Virus record (IMG/VR): IMGVR_UViG_3300025141_013870
Location: 54,249-118,248 of that record
Reading direction: 5' to 3' (one strand)
Length of the DNA: 64,000 bases
DNA from: a virus
In this document: piece after piece, positions 59,580 through 64,000 of the stretch
How positions within the stretch are numbered: the stretch's first letter is position 1
Layout of the letters: each line of letters opens with the position of its first letter
Position numbers and translations under genes: made by a program
The notes under the pieces: model-generated
What the model saw: only the letters and a program-made list of their open reading frames with translations
Told to the model about the DNA's origin: nothing
Databases searched by the model: none

Positions 59580-61229
59580 ATGAGATTATTGTTTATTTTG
59601 ATAGCTATGATAACATCATGCAGTGACTATAATCTCACAAAATATACAGAGGAAATAGAGCCTGGAATATTAGAGCCTGAAATAGAGGTGACGCCTGAAG
59701 AACACGACTTTGGGAATCTTAATGCTGATGGTGAAACTGACAATCTTATCATTAGAATATCTAATGAAGGATCTGATACGCTTTCTCTTGACGCAGCGTA
59801 TCTAATTGATGGAAATGAAAATTTCACCATGACATCTTTACAGGCGGGAGCGCTAGAACCTAATGATTCAACTGAGCTAATCATCACGTATGACCCAGGT
59901 ACATATGAATCTAATAGTGACATTGTAAGCATATGGTCCAATGACTCTGATGAAACAGAGGTTCAGATACCAATTGGTGGCGCCGGTGACGCTCCGGTTA
60001 TTAGAGTCACACCTGAGACTTATGATTTTGGTGCGGTGTTTGTGGGATGTGATGACTCTTTAGGGATCCTTATTGAAAATGTGGGAAATGTTGATTTAGA
60101 AATTTCTGATCTTGAATATTTTGCAAGCCTACCTGTTGACTTCTCTATCGAGGATTATAATTCATCAGAGGGTCCACTGCCGTGGACACTTTCGCCCTCA
60201 GATTGGATTCACCTAAGAGTTGAATACACTCCTCTTGACGATCTAGATGATGGAGCATGGGTGGAAATAACTTCAAATGACCCTGTAAATTCTTTATCTA
60301 CTTCAATGCACGAAGGCATTGGAGACTATGAGGCTTGGGTACAAGATAGCTTTACGCAAGATGGCGATGCAACAGTTGATATACTTTTTGTTGTCGACAA
60401 TTCAGGTTCAATGTCAGCCAATCAGTCGAATCTTAAAAATAACTTTGATGATTTTATGGCAGTTTTTGTGAGTGCTGGCGTTGATTATCAAGTCGCAATT
60501 ATCACAACAGATCAATCAGAGTTTATAGGAGATATAATAACACCTCTAACATTTGACCCTGTTACAGAGTTCGGAAATCAAATAGATCTCGTAGGATACG
60601 GCGGCTCAGCTATTGAAAAGGGTCTTTGGTATGCATATGAATCAACAACAACTGGAGATGCTTCATCATCATCTTCAGTAGGGTTTTTAAGAGAATCAGC
60701 GAGGCTCGTACTAGTTTATATTTCTGATGAGCCAGATGCTTCTACAAGCTTAGCTTACGGCGGAGGCTCTTCGACAATGACGCCTTCAGATTACTCTGCA
60801 AGCCTTTTATCACTCAAGACTTCTTCTAGTCTAGTAGTGGCTCATGCAGTTGCAGGTGATTACCCGTCTGGCTGCTCTGGCAATGGACACGCTACATTTG
60901 GAGATGGATATTATGATGTGGTTAATGATTTAGGTGGTACGTTCATGTCAATTTGTGCCGAGGACTGGAGTGTGACAATGGATACTCTAGCTAGAGAATC
61001 TATGGCTCAACACTTGTTTAATCTTACAGACAATCCAATCGAAGATACAATTTCAGCTACAGTTGATGGCTATGCGTCTACTGACTGGTCTTACGATAGT
61101 TCATTGAATGCAGTTATATTTAGCGTAGCACCTTCTGACGGAAGTGTGATTGAAATAGAATATGCAATATTATCTGATTGTGAATCAGAGAGCGGTGATA
61201 CAGGCAGTGCTGACACGAGTGGCGAGTAA
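59580..61229 (+). CDS. Lipoprotein with two Ig-like (ASH/choice-of-anchor D-like) domains + vWA domain
   Basis: ITSC lipobox; two repeats I.V.P...DFG..I.N.G...L; DILFVVDNSGSM MIDAS. Confidence 0.8.
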   Translation: MRLLFILIAMITSCSDYNLTKYTEEIEPGILEPEIEVTPEEHDFGNLNADGETDNLIIRISNEGSDTLSLDAAYLIDGNENFTMTSLQAGALEPNDSTELIITYDPGTYESNSDIVSIWSNDSDETEVQIPIGGAGDAPVIRVTPETYDFGAVFVGCDDSLGILIENVGNVDLEISDLEYFASLPVDFSIEDYNSSEGPLPWTLSPSDWIHLRVEYTPLDDLDDGAWVEITSNDPVNSLSTSMHEGIGDYEAWVQDSFTQDGDATVDILFVVDNSGSMSANQSNLKNNFDDFMAVFVSAGVDYQVAIITTDQSEFIGDIITPLTFDPVTEFGNQIDLVGYGGSAIEKGLWYAYESTTTGDASSSSSVGFLRESARLVLVYISDEPDASTSLAYGGGSSTMTPSDYSASLLSLKTSSSLVVAHAVAGDYPSGCSGNGHATFGDGYYDVVNDLGGTFMSICAEDWSVTMDTLARESMAQHLFNLTDNPIEDTISATVDGYASTDWSYDSSLNAVIFSVAPSDGSVIEIEYAILSDCESESGDTGSADTSGE

Positions 61230-61230
61230 A

Positions 61231-61398
61231 ATGTTTGGACTTAAAAGAAAGACATTTTGGACAATATTAGTAGGAATCAATATGACATCTGCTATGATTT
61301 GTATATTTTCAAGAAACTCTGTGGGCGGAATGTTTAGCTTGATATCTGTTGTAGCTTGTTATTATATGTTGACACTTTGTGAAAAAGAAGACAATTAA
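61231..61398 (+). CDS. Small membrane hypothetical protein
   Basis: Two hydrophobic segments; ATG 61231. Confidence 0.55.
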   Translation: MFGLKRKTFWTILVGINMTSAMICIFSRNSVGGMFSLISVVACYYMLTLCEKEDN

Positions 61399-61447
61399 TA
61401 TATAAATCTTTGCCTGTTATGATTATAATCTAATAGGAAGCTAAACA

Positions 61448-61723
61448 GTGAATAGAAAGCAAAGAAGAGAGATTCAGTCTCTCGCTAGAAAGTCAGGAAA
61501 CAAAGACATAGAAGAAAAGATGAAAATCTTCTCTAAGCTATCTGATAAATGCAGGGCGTGTGAATCTCCATTTGATAAAACAAATATAGATCACCTCTCA
61601 GATTGGATGGTAATTGTAAGAGAAAGCGAAAGAAAGATTAATCTTTATTGTCCATCATGTTGGGATAAAGCAAAAAATGCTGTTGAAGATTTAAAAAATA
61701 TGACAACAACAGAAGAAAAATAA
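61448..61723 (+). CDS. Zn-binding hypothetical protein
   Basis: CRAC and CPSC. Confidence 0.7.
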   Translation: MNRKQRREIQSLARKSGNKDIEEKMKIFSKLSDKCRACESPFDKTNIDHLSDWMVIVRESERKINLYCPSCWDKAKNAVEDLKNMTTTEEK

Positions 61724-61732
61724 AAAAGAGGG

Positions 61733-61760
61733 TGTACACTATTAAGATGGTGTTTATCTT
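61733..61760 (+). promoter_or_regulatory. Putative promoter of dnaK
   Basis: TGTACA-N16-TATCTT; SD AGGAG at dnaK. Confidence 0.35.
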
Positions 61761-61819
61761 TTACGTACAACAAATTCTTAATTGGATTTTTATTTGCACT
61801 AAAAATAACAGGAGTATAT

Positions 61820-63715
61820 ATGAGCAAAGTAATAGGGATCGATTTAGGCACAACAAATTCTTGTGTCGCTGTAATTGAAGGAAATCAACCAAAAGTCATT
61901 ACAAATGAAGAAGGGAATCGTACGACGCCTTCTGTAGTTGCTTTTGACAAAGAGGGAGACAGACTTGTTGGAGTTGCTGCACGTCGCCAAGCAGTTACAA
62001 ATCCTGATTCTACGATTTATTCTGTAAAGAGATTTATGGGAATGCGCTTCAAAGAGGCGAAGAAAGAAATCAAAAATGTTCCATACAAAGTGACGCAGTC
62101 AAGCGATGGTGATTGTAGAATTTCAGTAAATGGTAAGAATCTTGCTGCAGCAGAGATTTCTGCACATGTCTTATCAAAGCTCAAGCGTAGTGCTGAATCT
62201 TATCTTGGTCACAAAGTGACTGAAGCTGTTATCACGGTTCCCGCTTACTTTAATGATTCTCAGCGTCAGGCTACAAAGGATGCTGGAAAGATAGCTGGCC
62301 TGGATGTAAAGCGTATTATTAATGAACCTACAGCTGCAGCGCTTGCATATGGTTTTGATAAAAAAGGTGAGCAGAAGATAGCTGTATTTGACTTAGGCGG
62401 AGGAACTTTTGATATCTCTATTTTAGAAATTTCTGAAAATGTTGTTGAAGTTTTAAGTACAAACGGTAATACACATCTTGGCGGTGATGACATTGATCAA
62501 ATTTTAATTACGTGGCTTATTGATACATTTAAATCAGACACTGGTCTTGACATAAGCGACGATAGTATGGTAATTCAAAGGTTGAAAGATGCAGCGGAAA
62601 AAGCTAAGATAGAGTTATCTAGTGCGCCGACAACTGAAATTAACTTGCCTTTTTTAACAGCTGACTCTACAGGGCCCAAGCACATAGCAGTTAATCTATC
62701 TAGATCTGAATTTGAAAAGATGATTGATAAATTTTCAAAGAAGACGCTTGTTCCTGTTCGAGCTGCTTTGAAAGATGCAGGATTGTCAAAGAAGTCTATT
62801 GATGAAGTTATAATGGTAGGAGGATCAACAAGAATCCCTCTGATAAGAAACACTGTAGAAAAATTCTTTGGAAAGAAGTCTAACAACTCTGTAAACCCCG
62901 ATGAGGTCGTTGCTCTTGGTGCAGCTGTTCAAGGCGGCGTATTCTCCGGAGAGGTCAACGATGTGCTTCTTTTAGACGTAACTCCGCTATCTCTGGGAAT
63001 AGAAACGCTGGGAGGAGTAATGACACGACTAATAGATAGAAACACTACAATCCCATGTCAAAAGAGCGAGATATTCAGCACGGCTGCAGACAATCAGCCA
63101 ACAGTAGATATACATGTCTTGCAGGGTGAACGTAGATTTTCAGATGACAATAGAACCTTAGGAAGATTTCAACTTGATGGAATTCCCCCAGCGCCAAGAG
63201 GGATACCTCAAATTGAGGTGACATTTGATATTGATGCAAACGGTATCGTAAGTGTTGCTGCAGCAGATAAGGCGACTCAAAAAGAGCAATCCATTACAAT
63301 TACTTCTGGAAACTCTCTATCTGAAGATGAAATACAGGAAATGGTAGCTGAAGCAAAGGAAAATGAAGAGAGAGACAAAGAGAAGCAAAGAACAATCGAA
63401 GCTCGTAATAAGCTAGATAGCCTCACTTATCAAAGTGAAAAGACAATCAATGAGAATGGTGAAAAGATCCCAGAAGAAACTATTCAGTTGATCAAAGATG
63501 AGCTATCTTCAGCAAAAGAAGCACTTGATTCTGATGATGTCGATGCTATGGAGGCAGCCTTTAAATCTCTTGAAACGGTGTTTCATGAAACAGTAAAGTC
63601 TCTATACGCAGATTCTGTGAAGGAGTCCATAGAAAATACGTCTGACATAGATTTTTCTAATATTGGAAATGATACGAAAGCATCTACGGAGGCCGCTACT
63701 GAGCCTAATGCCTAG
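61820..63715 (+). CDS. dnaK: Chaperone DnaK
   Basis: [38 protein letters not shown]. Confidence 0.97.
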   Translation: MSKVIGIDLGTTNSCVAVIEGNQPKVITNEEGNRTTPSVVAFDKEGDRLVGVAARRQAVTNPDSTIYSVKRFMGMRFKEAKKEIKNVPYKVTQSSDGDCRISVNGKNLAAAEISAHVLSKLKRSAESYLGHKVTEAVITVPAYFNDSQRQATKDAGKIAGLDVKRIINEPTAAALAYGFDKKGEQKIAVFDLGGGTFDISILEISENVVEVLSTNGNTHLGGDDIDQILITWLIDTFKSDTGLDISDDSMVIQRLKDAAEKAKIELSSAPTTEINLPFLTADSTGPKHIAVNLSRSEFEKMIDKFSKKTLVPVRAALKDAGLSKKSIDEVIMVGGSTRIPLIRNTVEKFFGKKSNNSVNPDEVVALGAAVQGGVFSGEVNDVLLLDVTPLSLGIETLGGVMTRLIDRNTTIPCQKSEIFSTAADNQPTVDIHVLQGERRFSDDNRTLGRFQLDGIPPAPRGIPQIEVTFDIDANGIVSVAAADKATQKEQSITITSGNSLSEDEIQEMVAEAKENEERDKEKQRTIEARNKLDSLTYQSEKTINENGEKIPEETIQLIKDELSSAKEALDSDDVDAMEAAFKSLETVFHETVKSLYADSVKESIENTSDIDFSNIGNDTKASTEAATEPNA

Positions 63716-63736
63716 CAATGTAGAATGTTAAAATTT

Positions 63737-63774
63737 CGCAAGATAATAGACCAGATAGCTTCTATTATCTTGCG
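63737..63774. terminator. Perfect 14-bp hairpin after dnaK (terminator or processing site)
   Basis: CGCAAGATAATAGA-N10-TCTATTATCTTGCG; weak U-tract. Confidence 0.55.
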
Positions 63775-63904
63775 TCATTTAATTACAGCCAAATCTTTTA
63801 TGATAAGATTTTTAGAAGTTAAAAATCCATTTTTTCTTTTAATTTCTACTATCTTGGCATATGGTATATGGCGGTATGTTAAAAATAATGGCATTTTATA
63901 GTGA

Positions 63905-63912
63905 ATATTTAT
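63905..63912 (+). promoter_or_regulatory. Putative late promoter motif
   Basis: ATATTTAT, SD GAGGA, ATG 63932. Confidence 0.45.
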
Positions 63913-63931
63913 TGATAGCACCGGAGAGGAC

Positions 63932-64000
63932 ATGCCAACAGAAATTAGAGGCGGACAAATAAAAGATGAATCGATTGATTCTGTTGATATAGCGTCCGGA
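63932..64000 (+). CDS. N-terminus of probable virion protein, truncated by window edge
   Basis: MPTEIRGGQIKDESIDSVDIASG; SD GAGGA. Confidence 0.55.
   Translation, partial: MPTEIRGGQIKDESIDSVDIASG

Noticed and set aside
63775-63892. Short minus-strand ORF (about 39 aa) between dnaK and the next gene
   Set aside because: No SD or recognisable motif; too short to support.

Overview
A 64 kb, AT-rich, densely packed and almost entirely + strand segment that reads as part of a very large (jumbo/huge) bacteriophage genome. Supporting signs are a DnaB/gp41-type helicase, class II RNR, its own DNA Pol III alpha and sigma-70 factor, Shine-Dalgarno sites, a tail-fibre-like protein and many acidic hypotheticals. 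No capsid or terminase gene lies in the window, so phage identity is inferred. A CglF/GltF-like gliding-motility protein and myxobacterial-style vWA lipoproteins point to a Myxococcota/Bdellovibrionota-type host. Host-like metabolic genes are unusually numerous: a complete glyoxylate shunt (aceB-aceA), iscU-nfu-iscA, GSII, AsnB, SOD, PDF, DnaK/DnaJ/GroEL/ClpP. Four candidate new systems stand out. (1) An operon at 40952-46909 encodes Pol-beta-type nucleotidyltransferases, a metallophosphoesterase, an HxGH nucleotidyltransferase and a 1141-aa ligase-like/NTase/nuclease polyprotein, whose domains are separated by a recurrent LRxxIxx..LxE motif also found on about 14 ORFs (putative capsid-targeting/head-protease cleavage signal). 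(2) A dNMP-kinase/ThyA-fold fusion carries the Asn-to-Asp switch of dCMP-modifying enzymes, with a supporting cast suggesting a modified-cytosine genome. (3) A sigma-70 has its region-4.2 HTH apparently on a separate downstream gene, matched by a non-canonical TGTAWW-N16-TAnAAT promoter class. (4) A late-type ATAnTTAW motif sits either just before leaderless starts or inside SD-occluding hairpins. All family assignments come from motif recognition by eye; no searches were run.
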